Source of the DNA: Raillietiella orientalis
Lineage: Eukaryota
Reading direction: 5' to 3'
Length of the DNA stretch: 61,229 nt
Assembly: GCA_036172245.1 (NCBI GenBank)
Contig: JAYWIR010000151.1
Location: forward strand, 1-61,229
Of this stretch, positions 12,901 through 25,003 are shown in pieces. Position numbers and translations under genes: made by a program. Below the pieces are notes generated by a model that was not told the origin of the DNA, searched no databases, and was given only the letters and a program-made list of their open reading frames with translations. Each line of letters opens with the position of its first letter. Position 1 is the first letter of the stretch.

Positions 12901-13131
12901 CCGAGCGGGCTTTCACTAAGCGCAGGGATTGAAGCCATCGGTTGCATACGCGCGATAGTTTCCGTCCGCCAGGCGTTGGTAATCAACGGACAGCACCAAG
13001 AGGTAATCAGCAAACCATCCTTCTACATGGGAGCATCTGCTAGATGGCCTCATTTGACAGAGGAGACAAAAAGGAATCTCGCCGCAATACACCGCCGGTT
13101 TGCACACCCTCAGCAGCGGCCAACCCGGTGA
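9921..13131 (+). pseudogene. B1 ORF2: truncated endonuclease, frameshift near 10470, then uninterrupted RT and zinc finger
   Basis: ORF 10216-13131 has WRPITL, DLHKAFD, RQGDSLSP, YADD, KYLG, GLG and CVLCGSTEWIPHLLLDC. Confidence 0.9.
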
Positions 13132-13443
13132 TCATTGCCCTACCCTCCATAAACTAATTTTGTATTTTGTTTTTACACCCGCGTCCCCATAGGCTCCGGA
13201 ACATTTGAGGTGCTCATCCTTTAAATCCCCGTGAGTACGGAGCCTAACCAAAAACCCTTCACCCTTCCCTCCAGTTTTTGATTTTTGTTTGTTTCCCCTC
13301 ATTCCCCCACGCTGCGAGCGGTTTGTTTACCAGGCCTGCGTGCCGGTAATTTTTCTATGTTCTCTGTAGTTCTGTTGGTTGAGGACATTGTGCCTGACCA
13401 GTTTATTATTATTAATAAACGCTCCGGCGTGACCGGTTGATAA
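9921..13443 (+). mobile_element. Family B copy B1 (5'-deleted) nested in A2
   Basis: Colinear with B2 21481-25003; terminal AATAAA and hairpin at 13414-13440. Confidence 0.9.
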
Positions 13444-16400
13444 ATTTCAATCTCCGCCTGCTAACAGGTGAGCCGGACAAAAAAGTGAACGCGATGAACG
13501 AGTTGTGCGCCGCCATGCGTGCGCGCAACTACTTCGCGGGTGAGAGGGGAATGGTCCGCAGCATCGACCACGTCTTCCTCGACGCTGACCTGTGTTCACG
13601 GGTCGGCAAACGAAGGAGGGATGCGTCAACGTTGTCGGACCATTCCCGGTTAATTTTAGAGATGCGGCCTCGCAACAAAGGACCGCCATTCAGGGATTGG
13701 CGTCTGCCGGGGGACTGGGCGCGACTCTTAGGTGCGAAGGAACACCTTCGCGAATACCTGAGAGGGGTCACGCTCCGGAATCTCTATGACTGGGACCTTT
13801 TTAAGCAATCGGTCCGGGATTTCTGCGAGCAGTTCCCACTGGACCGCCTGCCCTCCGGATTCGGCGAGGGTCCTCGCAACCATCGCGCCTATTTACAGGC
13901 CCGTAGGTAAGAGCGAACCCCTAATGTCCGTCGCCTGGCCGAGTACCGCGTTGGGGCCTAACGCCAAGCCTGGCAATCCGGGTCGACCAGCTTGCTGGAC
14001 GACCAGGGCCAAAAATTATCGTCCCCAGCGTCAGTACGGCATCTCGTGCGAAGTGATTATCCCTCCCTTTACGCCAGGGCGCCCCCGGATCAAGATGCCT
14101 CTCGGCTCTTGCTTCCGGATGGTGTCGCGGCAATAGGGGAGGAGGAGACGTTAAGCCTCGATGAGCCTTTTACCAACGGCGAAATTCTCGCTGGTATCAA
14201 AAGGCTCAAGAGGCGGAAAGCTCCAGGGGAAGACGGCTTGCCCGCGGAGTTCTATCGGAACTTCGCGGAAGAGCTGGCACCCCTGCTGCTTCAGCTGACA
14301 AGGCTGATCCGAGACGAAGGCGAAGTTCCCTCCTCGTTTCGGTCAGCCAGAGTGAGGCTCCTTCCGAAAGGGGGAGACCTTAGGAATTTGAACAGCTGGC
14401 GTCCGATCAAGATTGTGAATACAGACGCCAAGTTTGTTGCCGGTCTATGGGCTTCGCGTCTGGGGCAGGTGGCAGAATCCATAATTAGCCCGGAGCAGAC
14501 ATATGCTGTTCTTGGGCGAAGTATGGATGCCAACCTCTTCTTCGCGAGCACATGGATGCACGCGCAGAGGTGTCAAAAGGAAGGGAAAGAAAAAATCGGC
14601 AACCCCACTTTGGGGCCGCCAGCAGGGCAGGGAATGGAATCCCGGGCGCGGAAGGAAGCCTTAGCGCTCGCAGTCGATCTTCATAGGGCGTTCGACTGTG
14701 TTGACCAGGGGCTTTTGTTTGAGCTCCTGGGTCGCATGGGCTTCCCACCCTCCTTGGTTACCTACCTGCGCTCTTGCTGGCGGAATGCGATTATCTCCAT
14801 CTCTTCCAGAAGTCAGAATTTGTATGGCGTGCCGGTGCGGTGAGGCATCAGGCAGGGAGATAGCCTCAGTCCCCTGCTCTTCAGCACCTACTTTGAGTTG
14901 GTGCTGAGAGCCTACAGGGTGACTTTTGCCTTCTTGCCGAGCTCGTGTCCCGGCACGCCCGCCGTAGCAACCCATGCCGACGACCTTCTGCTCCTGTTAC
15001 CTATGTCCACCCCGGCGAAGGCGGTCGGAGACTTCTTCGATCTGCTCAGCCGTGGGACCGGACTGCAGGTCAACAGGGCGAAGTCGTCGGTGGTGCCAGT
15101 AAGTGCGCCGTGGGCAGGGCAGCAGAACTGGGTCCGTCTAGGGATCCCCACGGCAAGGTGCCTCAAGTACCTTGGTGTGCCGTTGGGTGACGACTCCCCT
15201 GCGGAAGCGTGGTCCAGCTGTCTTCAAAAAGTTGAGACGGCGATCGGCCCGTTCTTGGAAGTCAACTTTCACTTGCCGGAACGGGCCGCGGTTTGGAACG
15301 CCTTCGCGGATCCCATTCTCCGCTTCTTGCTTTTTGTTTGCCCCGCCCCCAGAGAATGCAAAAGAGGACAAAGGACCTCCTCCGCATAGCCCTTTGGGGC
15401 AAGGGGAAGCCCGAGTCCCTCTGAAGGACTTGTGCGCTCCGCGTCGGGACGGCGGCCTTGGCCTCCTGATGCTGGAGCGCGTGGAAATCCAGATGCGGTG
15501 GCGAACTCTCGCCATCGCAGCGAAGATGTCGAGCACCCCTTCGTGCGTTCCGGCCCGCCTCCTCGCCAGGCGTGTGTCCCGATGCGAAGGACTCGCGTCG
15601 TTTCTTCTGTGCCCTGGCCGGAAGTTCCGAACATGCGGCCTTATGCTCAGACGCATAGCAATCCTGGCGAAGACGAACGGTTGGATGGTTTGTGGCCCCG
15701 CCAACTGCTGTCACATGAGCTAAGCAGAACCGGAGGAGTGAAAACAATATGAACTGCCTGCGAATCAACCCATACGCCAACCGCACCATGCGGGAAATAC
15801 TGGAATTTCCCCGGAGTCGCAGGTGGGCGTTGACGATCCCCCTTGTTACGGCTATGCCCTACCTCCTGAGGGCGCTTCAGGATCGCCAGAAGCCGAGGTG
15901 GCAAGTCACCTGCCAGATCGCAGGCAGGGAGAAGATGTTAAGCGGCTGGACCACAGGAAAACTGGCGGACGCCACGACCCCGAGCGTCCAGCCGCGTGGA
16001 CTAATGAGATGGGGCGAGCTGCTCGCCATCCCTACGGATGTGCTGAAGTGGCCCCCGGTATTAAAGGAATCCAGGATCCTGCCATTTAAGTGGCAAGAGT
16101 CGGCGTTGCTTTTGTTGCACTGGGGTCTACACTGCAACGCGCGCCGCTTCCACTGGACGAGGGGAGCTGTGGATCCTGCGTGTGCCAGGTGCGGGGAGCG
16201 GGAGTCGCTTCCCCACCTTATTGTGGATTGTGCTGCCATCCGACCCCTCTGCGAACGGTTCGGGGCGACCCTAGGTGTCCCTACGGGCAGCACCCCCAGA
16301 GACGTTCTTCGGCCCCTCTTCGTGAAGGACGCACTGCAGCCAGCCGCAGCCATCGCAGCCTTGTGCTGTGTCCGTGGCATCGTGGCGGCATGGAGCGACG

Positions 16401-16790
16401 CCAATAACGAAGGAGTGGGTCCACACGCGAGGGATGTCGTCCCATACGCCCAACGCTTCATGCGGAGAGCTGCCGGATGGCCCCAACTGGGGAATATACG
16501 GACGGACCTCAAGGGCTTCCTTCAACGGATGGGCCCTCCTCACAGCGTTCAGTGATCCCTTCCCTGCCCTCCAACTTCTTTTTGTCTGTTTATGTTTTTT
16601 ATTTTTCTTTTTGTTTTATCCCCATCCCCCTTCGCTGCTGAGGAACGCTACGCTGGGCTGCGTCCCGGCGTCCCGGCAGGTCCAGTGCATATGGCCGTGA
16701 GCGGGGCCTTGTACCGCGGATGTAGAGTTTTTTTTTTTAAAAATAAACGCCCCGGGCGTACCCGGGTGTAAACCTCCGCGGCCAGTTGGA

Positions 16791-16797
16791 GGACGTG
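16791..16797 (+). promoter_or_regulatory. Conserved 5' GGACGTG motif (DPE-like); also at 9067, 19103, 35690 (+) and 2773, 8854, 50724, 60048 (-)
   Basis: Present within about 16 nt of eight 5' junctions from five families whose UTRs are otherwise dissimilar; function is inferred. Confidence 0.6.
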
Positions 16798-16876
16798 TTT
16801 TTCCTTCACTCCCCAAAGAGTAGTAGGAAAGCGCTTTTTCTTCTGTGTGGTGTTTTGTGTACATCGTCGGTGTCCA

Positions 16877-18628
16877 ATGGCCACGACGCCAGAGGACACC
16901 GCGATGGAGGTGGGAGTGGGGGAGGCTAGTTCGCCCCCACAGCCGACTGGAGCAGGGGCAGCCGCCCCGGAATCATCCCCGGCCACGCCGAGGACATGGA
17001 GCGCCATGGTGGCCGCGCCCAGCGCAGAAGCCATGGCGGAGATGGCCGCATACAAGGCCTCCGGGTACAAGCCTTCGCTTGTGTACCAGGTAGGCAACTT
17101 GTTCGACGGCCGGACAGCGCGCGCCTTCAGCAAAGCGTTGAAGGACGCGAATGTTACAGAGAAGGATCTGGACGGCCTCTCCGTCCTCAGCGGCGGGCAG
17201 CGGGTCGAGGTGGTCTGCAAAGATGTCACCTTGGCTCACCGCCTAATCCATGCGCCGCTGAACGTAGACGGCCGCAAGATCCTGCCAGTATCCATGGACC
17301 GCTCCGTGTTGGTCCACATGACTGGCATCACCAGCCGCATAACGCGGTCAGCGGTTGGTGAGGAATTGAGAAAGTACGGTGAGGTGCACGTACTGTGGCC
17401 GAAACCCTCCATTTTCGACGGCTTCGATAGCCTTTTTGGTGGGCAGGCTGCAGCGCGGGTCACCGTACGGGAGAATTGTGGGCTTCCCCACAAACTACAG
17501 GTGGCGCAAGAAAACGTCGACCTGTGGTATGTAGGGAAGCCCCGGTATTGCGGGCATTGTGATACCGTGGGACACCTACGTAAAAAGTGTCCCAATATAC
17601 AATGCCATTTGTGCGGGGAGCGGGGCCACGTTCGGCGCGTGTGCCCAAAACGTCCCACCACGGTTCCCCCTGCCGCGAAAAAAGCGCAGGGGAAACGCGC
17701 TTCAAAGGTCACTAGACCTAAAGTGGAAAAGGGCCAGCACAAGCTGCCAACACCTCAACCTCCGGCGCGTAAGCCGGAGGATAAACCTTCTGAAACGGTG
17801 GAAGGCGAAGAGGGATGGCAGCTTGTAGAGGCCAGAAAACCAAGGAAACTCCCACCCGCGGAGAGCAAAGAGCGCAAGACGGCCGCAAAGCCAAAAAAAC
17901 CCGGTCCGCGCTCGAAAACTCTGCGCGAGTGCACGGTGGCACTCGAACGAATCGTCGTTCCCGAGATTGCCATCCGGAGCGTCGATCCTCCCCTTGCCGT
18001 TTCCGCTGCGCCCTAGGCTCGCGACGGCGAACCCTCTGTTTACACAGAGGGTGAGCCGCGCGACATAGCGGCGGTCGAAGCCGCGGACGCCGCGTTCGCG
18101 CAGGCGGCGGAGGAGCTCGCGGTCACGCTGGCCGAGCGTGAGAACCCCTCGCGCAAGGCCGTGCGAAGGCCGGCTCCGGCGAGGAAGGCCCCAAAAGGTG
18201 AGTTAGACCTGGGGGCCGGAAGCACATCCTCCTCCTCGGAGGCACCCCCCAGGAAGTCGGGACGCAAGTCCCAGAAGCCCAGGAGGCGCCTCCCCTCCAC
18301 CAGCGAGGAGGAGAAGACGGAAGCCGTCGCCAGCGTGGGAAATTCGGAGGAGGAATTCCCACGCTTGGAAGCCGTCGATGCGGCCACCCCCATGGAGGAG
18401 GGTGAACAGGGAGGTGAAGTCCCCCCTGCAGGCGCCGACCCTGAACAGCCCGCCCCCATGGAGGAGGGCGAACAGGTAGGCGCGACTCCACCTGCGGATG
18501 ATCCGTCCGACGCGCCGGCACCGATGGAGGAGGGGGACCAGGTGCCTTCAGCACCTGACCCCCCTGCTCCACCTAGCGTCCCGCCCCAGCAGGTGGCGGA
18601 CGCCGCACTGCCATCTTCCCAGGAGTAA
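16877..18628 (+). pseudogene. A3 ORF1 zinc-knuckle protein (reading frame broken near 18016)
   Basis: ORF 16847-18016 has CGHCDTVGHLRKKC and CHLCGERGHVRRVC; acidic C-terminus in ORF 18161-18628. Confidence 0.88.
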
Positions 18629-19174
18629 CACCTGGGCTCGCCAGTCGCCGTCGGATTCGCGCGGCCTGTTGGAATGTCAACGGGCTGCGCGACGACGGTA
18701 ACAGGCGAGATACAGCCGACACCCTGCGGGAGTTGGACCTGGCTCTGTTGCAGGAGATCCTCGTGATTACCGCGGCAGACTTCCAGGAGATCGAGACGAT
18801 CGCGGGGGGTCGGCTGTAGTGGCAATGCGGCATCCGCAACACCTGCGTGGTCGCGTTCTTCGTGAAGCCGGCCATCGACGCTGCCGTGAAGGGCGTGCGC
18901 TTCGATGACGACGGTCGGGTCGGTCAGCTGACTCTCGGCTGGTCGGACTCGATCGATCTGATCGTCACGAATGTGTACGCCCCCACCGGTCAAAAGGGAT
19001 ACAGCAACCGTACCAGGCTGCTTGAATCCTTGAAGCGCGACTGGCTGGCGAACACGAGCGTGCGGAAGGCTCACCTGATAGCGGGAGATTTCAATCGAGT
19101 GCGGACGTGTTTTTCTTCGCTCTCGTCTCCGTGCTTTCATCCGCTTCATCTTGGCGTTGTACATTTTGACGACG

Positions 19175-21097
19175 ATGTCGACCCAACTTGAAGCTACTGA
19201 AGTTGGAGGAACAGCATCTGGATCTGCAATCGCGGAACCGACGGCCGCCTCCACCTCGTCTTTCTCGCCAATGGAGAGGAGTTTTGCTGACGTTGCTGCC
19301 ACAGCAGCCGTCAAAGGGAAGCCACTCGACGAGTCGGAGTTGCGGGCATACGTAGCCCAAGGCTATAGACCTGCTCTCCGATATAAGGTGAGTGGTTTTC
19401 TTTCTGCGCGCGACGGGAATCAGTTCAACGATGAACTGACCCGTGTTGGCGTGCGGGAGGAGGACCTTCTCGCCAGTATGCCCGTAAAAGACATGGGCTA
19501 TTTCAAGGTGCGTTGCAAAGACGCTGCACTTGTGCAACGCTTGCTGCGCACCCCGTTGTCGATCCGTGGCCAGAAGGTCTTCCCGGCCGCCATGGACGAC
19601 TCATTTGTGGTGGAGATTTTCGACATCGAGTCGGAAATCTCCGATACTGATATTCGGAACGCGTTGGCGAAATTCGCCACGGTCCATGCGCTGTGGAGGG
19701 TGCGTAGCAACCTCAAGGACTACCCGTCCATACACAGCGGAGTCGCTGGAGTCCGACTTACAATGCCGGACCGCCGTCTGCTGCCCACCAAACTACAGGT
19801 GAAAGACACGGTCGTTCACCTGTGGTTCGTGGGCAAAGTAAAAACGTGCGAGCAATGAGGGAAGGAGGGGCATTGTTTGGATAAATGCCCCTTTGGAAAA
19901 TGCCGTTATTGCAAACTATCCGGGCACCAATTGAAAAATTGCCCGGATCTTTTGCGAAAAAAGGCAGCCGCGGAGCTCCATTTTAAAAAACAAAGCGCGG
20001 ATAAAAAGAAAAAATCTGCGAAAAACCTGGAGACCCCACGGCAGAAATTCGGTAAAAACGCGAGGCGGAATGTCGCCCCAAAGCAGCAGGAAACCTCGCA
20101 CGCAAAGCCCTGCGCACCCCCTCTCGCGGCAGGGGAGCCGCAAAAGAAAGGGTGCGGGGAATCCGGGGCAATGGTAAGTCCCCCTAGGCGCAATAGCTGT
20201 CCTTCCCAAGCACGCCCGGCTCTTTCGGAGTTCGAGCAACCGGCGGGGACGTCAATGGACAACGGCGGTAAGGACACTTCCAGTACCGTCAGATCCATTC
20301 CTTCACCTCCTGCAGTGGCTGAGAAGCCCAAATCGGGTAAGAAGGGTTGTGCCGTGTCGACTTCGAAAGTCGGCAAAAAAAAATCCGCGTCGCGAACCAA
20401 CACCGCGAAAGCGGAGAAAAATCTCACGCCGTCGCAGTCGGAGAGCAAGCTCTCGACTGGCGCGGATGCCATACCAACGAAGGGATTAAAAGCCCTTCCG
20501 AAAGCAGCGTCCATGAAGAGCGTGTCGGAGCCATCGAAAGTGCTGTTGTCCAAAGACGCGGATGGCTTCAAAGATGGCCATGGAGCACAATCTCCATTTA
20601 CGGCGCCACGCGAAGTGAGGAACCGTAATGAAGTAAAGAAGACTTCAGCAAAGGTCCCTCGTGCAACTGCGCGTGAGCACGCTGAAAACGCGCGCGCCGG
20701 GAAAGCAGCCGTCACCAAAAGCGATGCTCTGGTGACGGAAAACGAAAACAGGACAGCTGTCAATCCAGCAGAACCTGTCACTACTTCGCGGAAGGCCGAA
20801 ACCCGATCGAACATGCGCCGGTCGGACTCCGAAATGGATGCCGTTCCGATCACCGAGACGAGGACAACTCGTTCGAAAGCGTGTGCGCGCCGATCAAAAG
20901 TAGGCAGCCAGGCAACTCTAGCCGCGAAGCCACGCGAAGTCTCCACGAAACCCGACGGGGATAAGCCTGGCGTGGAGGCACTACATGCATGCAGCACGAC
21001 AGAGGACGGTGGCGACCGTCCCCTCCAGCCAGTCGTGCTGCTCGCCGTCTGCTCGGCGGATAAAGCGAGCAAAAAGCTGCCACCTTCCCAGCAGTAA
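19175..21097 (+). pseudogene. B2 ORF1 (one in-frame TGA at 19856-19858, inside the first knuckle)
   Basis: ORFs 19151-19858 and 19877-21097 are in the same frame; knuckle CRYCKLSGHQLKNC. Confidence 0.88.
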
Positions 21098-24000
21098 TGC
21101 GGGGAATCGCGTCTTCTCGTCGTCTGTCCGTAACGTGTTGGAACGTGAACGGACTGCAGAACGACGAGAAGAGGCGATTAGTAGCCAACGCCCTGCGCCC
21201 CTTCGACCTCGCGCTCCTGCAGGAGATTCACGTAATCTCCGACGAGCAGGCAGCCGAAATCAAGGAGCGCGCAGGCGGAACGCTACATTGGCGGTGCGGC
21301 GGCGCACACACGTGCGGCGTCGCGTTCCTCGTAAGAGGAAAAATGGCGGAAGCGGTGCGTAGTGTTCGTTTCGATGACGACGGACGGATAGGCCAGCTTT
21401 TCATCAAGTGGTCCGAGTCCATCGATCTCGTCGTTACGAACGTCTACGCGCCGAGTGGCTCTCGCTACCTCGAAGAAAGAGTAGCTTTCTTTGGTGAGGT
21501 GCAGAGCCACTGGCTCAACAACTCCGGTTTCCAAGTGGCGCACCTCGTCGCTGGGGACTTCAACGTCCGTCTGCTCTCCGACGATTGGAGCCGCCCGAGG
21601 GAACGCGCGCTGCCCATCGAGATGTGCGCGTCCGTACACGCCGCCAACTTGATGGTCAGCGAACCTGGAATGGAAAGATCGCTCGATCACGTTTTCCTCG
21701 ATGAAAACCTGCATTCGCATGTGGGTAGGAGAGGAAGATTGTTGACTGAGCTTTCTGACCACCACAGGTTGGAGTTTGAGATCCTTCCGCCAAGCAGGGG
21801 GCCTCCGTTGCAAAGCTGGAGGATGCAGGCGGATTGGCTTAGCCAACCGGAGGCTGCGGAGCATCTACGTGGATACCTCCGGGGCTTTGCCATTCAAGAA
21901 CTTGCGGACTGGGACGATCTCAAAAGATCTGTCCGCGAGTTCTGCTGCCAATTCCCCTTGCACCGGCTTCCACGCGGTTTCGGAGAGGGCGTGGCCAACA
22001 GTAGAGACTTTCTGCATGCCCGCACGTTTTCGAGACGCGCGGATGTCGGGCGTCTCGCAGAGTACAAGGCGAGGGCCGAGCGCCAGGTCTGGCAGTCCGG
22101 AGCAGCATGCCTGTTGGACGACAAGGGCCAGGAATGTTCGGCCCCAGCCGAAGTACGCCGCATTGTGAGACGCTACTACTCCTCGCTCTACGCGGAATCC
22201 CCGACAAAGGATATTCTTTCTGAGATACTCCTGTCTCAGGATGCTCGTGTTGTCGGCGAGGAGGAACGCGAACGTCTCGACGAGCCCTTCACGGCGGATG
22301 AATTTTCGTCCGCCATCGCTGGGCTGAAGAGACGAAAGGCGCCAGGCGAGGATGGGCTCCCTGCAGAGTTTTATCAGTGCTTTGCAGTGGAGCTCATTCC
22401 CTTGATGCTGAAACTCGCGACGCTGATGAGTGAATCCGGGAATGTCCCTGATTCCTTCCGCTCAGCGAAGGTGCGTCTCCTGCCGAAAGGCGGAGACTTG
22501 CGCCAACTTAACAACTGGCGTCCGATCACCTTGGTGAACTCGGACGTCAAGTTGTTTTCCAAGCTGTGGGTCGCGCGGTTAGGAAGTATCGCGGAATCTG
22601 TGGTGAACCCGGTACAAACCTACGCGGTTCCGGGACGATCCATGGAGGCGAACATCCTTTTCGCGCGTACATGGATGCAGCTGCAGGAAGTTGTGGCGCA
22701 GCAAAGCTAGGCTGCTGCGAAAGTCACTGCCGCAGGCAAGAAGAACAGGCGCCGACGGCAGGAGGGAACGCCAGGTGCCTTGGCGGTCGCGGTCGATCTC
22801 CACAAGGCGTTCGACTGCGTAAACCAGAAGCTGCTTTTGGAGCTTATGGAACGCCTTGGGTTCCCGGCGCAACTCCTGCTGTATTTGCGCGCGTGCTGGC
22901 GCCACGCGCTAACCTGCATCACTTTTAGCGGCTGCAGCGTGTATGGTATTCCCGTTCGTAGGGGCATCCGACAGGGCGACAGCTTAAGCCCGTTGCTCTT
23001 TAGCATCTTCTTTGAGTTGGTGCTAAGTGCATACAGGCTGACGCTGTCTCACTTGCCAAGCTCCTGCCCGGGAACGCCTGCCGTGGCCGCCTACGCTGAT
23101 GACCTGCTTCTTCTGCTCCCCCTGTCCACCCCGGCGTCCAGTGTCGAGGATTTCTTCGACCTGATTCGTCGGGGAGCGGGCGTGAGCGTGAACAGAGAGA
23201 AGAGCGTGGTCGTTCCTGTGGGTACGTCGTGGGAGGGACAGTCCGACTGGATCCGCCTGGGGATCCCCACGGGCGGGTACTTTAAGTACCTTGGCGTTCC
23301 GTTGGGCGCTTTCGGCGCAGCCGAAGCGTGGGCGGACTGTCTTCAGAAAGCAGAGTTGGCCATCAGCCCGTTCTTTAACGGCAAGTTTACCTTGCAGGAA
23401 CGTGCGACTATTTGGAACACCTTTGTGGCCCCCCTCCTCCGTCCCCTGTTTTTTGTTTTGGACCCCCCCTATGCGGCAAAACAGCGGGCTAAGCGCCTGC
23501 TCAGGAACGCTCTCTGGGGTCCGGCGAGATCCAGGATCCGCCTTAAAGATTTGTCAGCTCCGCGTCGGGATGCTGGTTTGGGTATCCTGACAATGGAGCG
23601 ACTCGGACTGCAGGTGCAGTTCCGACTGCTGGCACTGTGTGCCCAGCTATGGACATCCCCCCTGTGTGTGCCAGCTCGCATTCTCCTGCGGAGATGCGCC
23701 GGCAGCGGAGGATTTCTCTCGCTTTTGCCGGGCACTCAATACAGGAAGCGGGGTTTCGGTTTTCCATTGCGGCAGTTGACCGCACTTCTGTAAGCACACT
23801 CTTGGATCTCCTGCCGCCCAATGAACTTTGAAGCTTGGCGGCAGGAGTCTGTTGAATCCTGGGCGGCGTTCCAAGGAATACGCCCTGAAGATCTTCGCCC
23901 CCTGCGCCAATTTTTTCCACGATCCTTGGAAGTAGTACTGCAGGACGAGGTGAAGTTTTCTACCCTGGCTGCCACGCCTCTTGCCGCAGCGCTGTCTGCC

Positions 24001-24690
24001 CTCAGGGCAAGAAACGACAGTTACCAACCGGCGAGGTGGGAGGTTTCCTGCACGATAGCAGGAAGAACCAAACTCCTTGGCACCTGGAAGACAAGTGAGT
24101 TGGCGGACGCCGCCACTCCTCGTGTTACTGCAAAGGGACTCCTCCGGTGGGCAGAAGAACTTGCTGTCACCCCCGAAGAACTTGTAGTCCCTCCACAGTG
24201 TATGGACAGTTCGCTGCTCCCCCTTGCTTGGAAACAAGACGTGCTGATTTTCGTTCACTAGGGTTTTCAGTGCAACGAGCGTTGGCATCGTGACTCCGGG
24301 GGACTTGCGTCTGCGAACTGCGTTCGGTGCGGATCGACGGAGTCGATTCCGCACCTACTTCTGGACTGCGGTGTCCTACAAGGACTGTGGCGTAGGCTGG
24401 CAACAGCACTATTGCATCCCGTGGACACCGCAAGAGACTTGCTGCGACGATTCTTCACGCCGAGCGGGCTTTCACTAAGGGCAAGGATTGCAACCATCGG
24501 TTGAATACGCGCGATAGTTTCCGTCCGCCAGGCGTTGGTAATCAACGGACAGCACCAAGAGGTAATCAGCAAAGCATCCTTTTACATGGGAGCATCTGCT
24601 AGATGGCCTCATTTGACAGATGAGACAAAGATGAATCTCGCCGCAATACAACGCCGGTTTACACACCCTCATCAGCGGCCAACCCGGTGA
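21097..24690 (+). pseudogene. B2 ORF2 APE-RT-zinc finger (in-frame stops at 22710, 23793, 24261 and near 24505)
   Basis: ORFs 21097-22710, 22780-23793 and 23821-24261 are in one frame and carry all APE and RT motifs. Confidence 0.92.
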
Positions 24691-24973
24691 TCATTGCCCT
24701 ACCCTCCATAAACTAAATTTGTATTTTCTTTTTACACCCGCGTCCCCATAGGCTCCGGAACATTTTAGGTGCTCATCGTATAAATCCCCGTGAGTACGGA
24801 GCCTAACCAAAAACCCGTTACCCTTCCCTCCAGGTTTTGATTTTTGTTTGTTTCCCCTCATTCCCCCCACGCTGCGAGCGGTTTGTTTACCAGGCCTGCG
24901 TGCCGGTAATTTTTCTATGTTCTCTGTCATTCTCTTGGTTGGGGACATTGTCCCTGACCAGTTTATTATTATT

Positions 24974-25000
24974 AATAAACGCCCCGGCGTGACCGGGTGA
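24974..25000 (+). other. Conserved 3'-terminal AATAAA plus CCGG-N5-7-CCGG hairpin (one of ten copies)
   Basis: Also at 5744, 13414, 16742, 28317, 41188, 53291 (+) and 29760, 33592, 54519 (-). Confidence 0.85.
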
Positions 25001-25003
25001 TCA

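Larger units (their letters stand above)
9051..16768 (+). mobile_element. Family A copy A2 (5' part 9051-9917, 3' part 13444-16768) with nested B1 and an internal deletion
   Basis: GGACGTG at 9067; ORF1 starts at 9153; ORF2 resumes at FNLRLLTGEP (13444) and runs with stops and frameshifts to 16555; terminal AATAAA and hairpin at 16742-16768. Confidence 0.9.
19097..25003 (+). mobile_element. Family B copy B2, full length, inserted in the A3 endonuclease with a 9-bp TSD ATTTCAATC
   Basis: TSD at 19088-19096 and 25004-25012; GGACGTG at 19103; AATAAA and hairpin at 24974-25000. Confidence 0.95.

Noticed and set aside
18389..18545. Three PMEEG(E/D)Q repeats in A ORF1 (also about 905-1050)
   Set aside because: This is an ordinary low-complexity coding duplication in a disordered tail.
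18040..21072. Long antisense ORFs (for example 18040-19314, 19906-21072, 26222-27226, 28571-29554, 50001-51212)
   Set aside because: They are shadows of GC-rich coding frames or read across element junctions, with no independent motifs.
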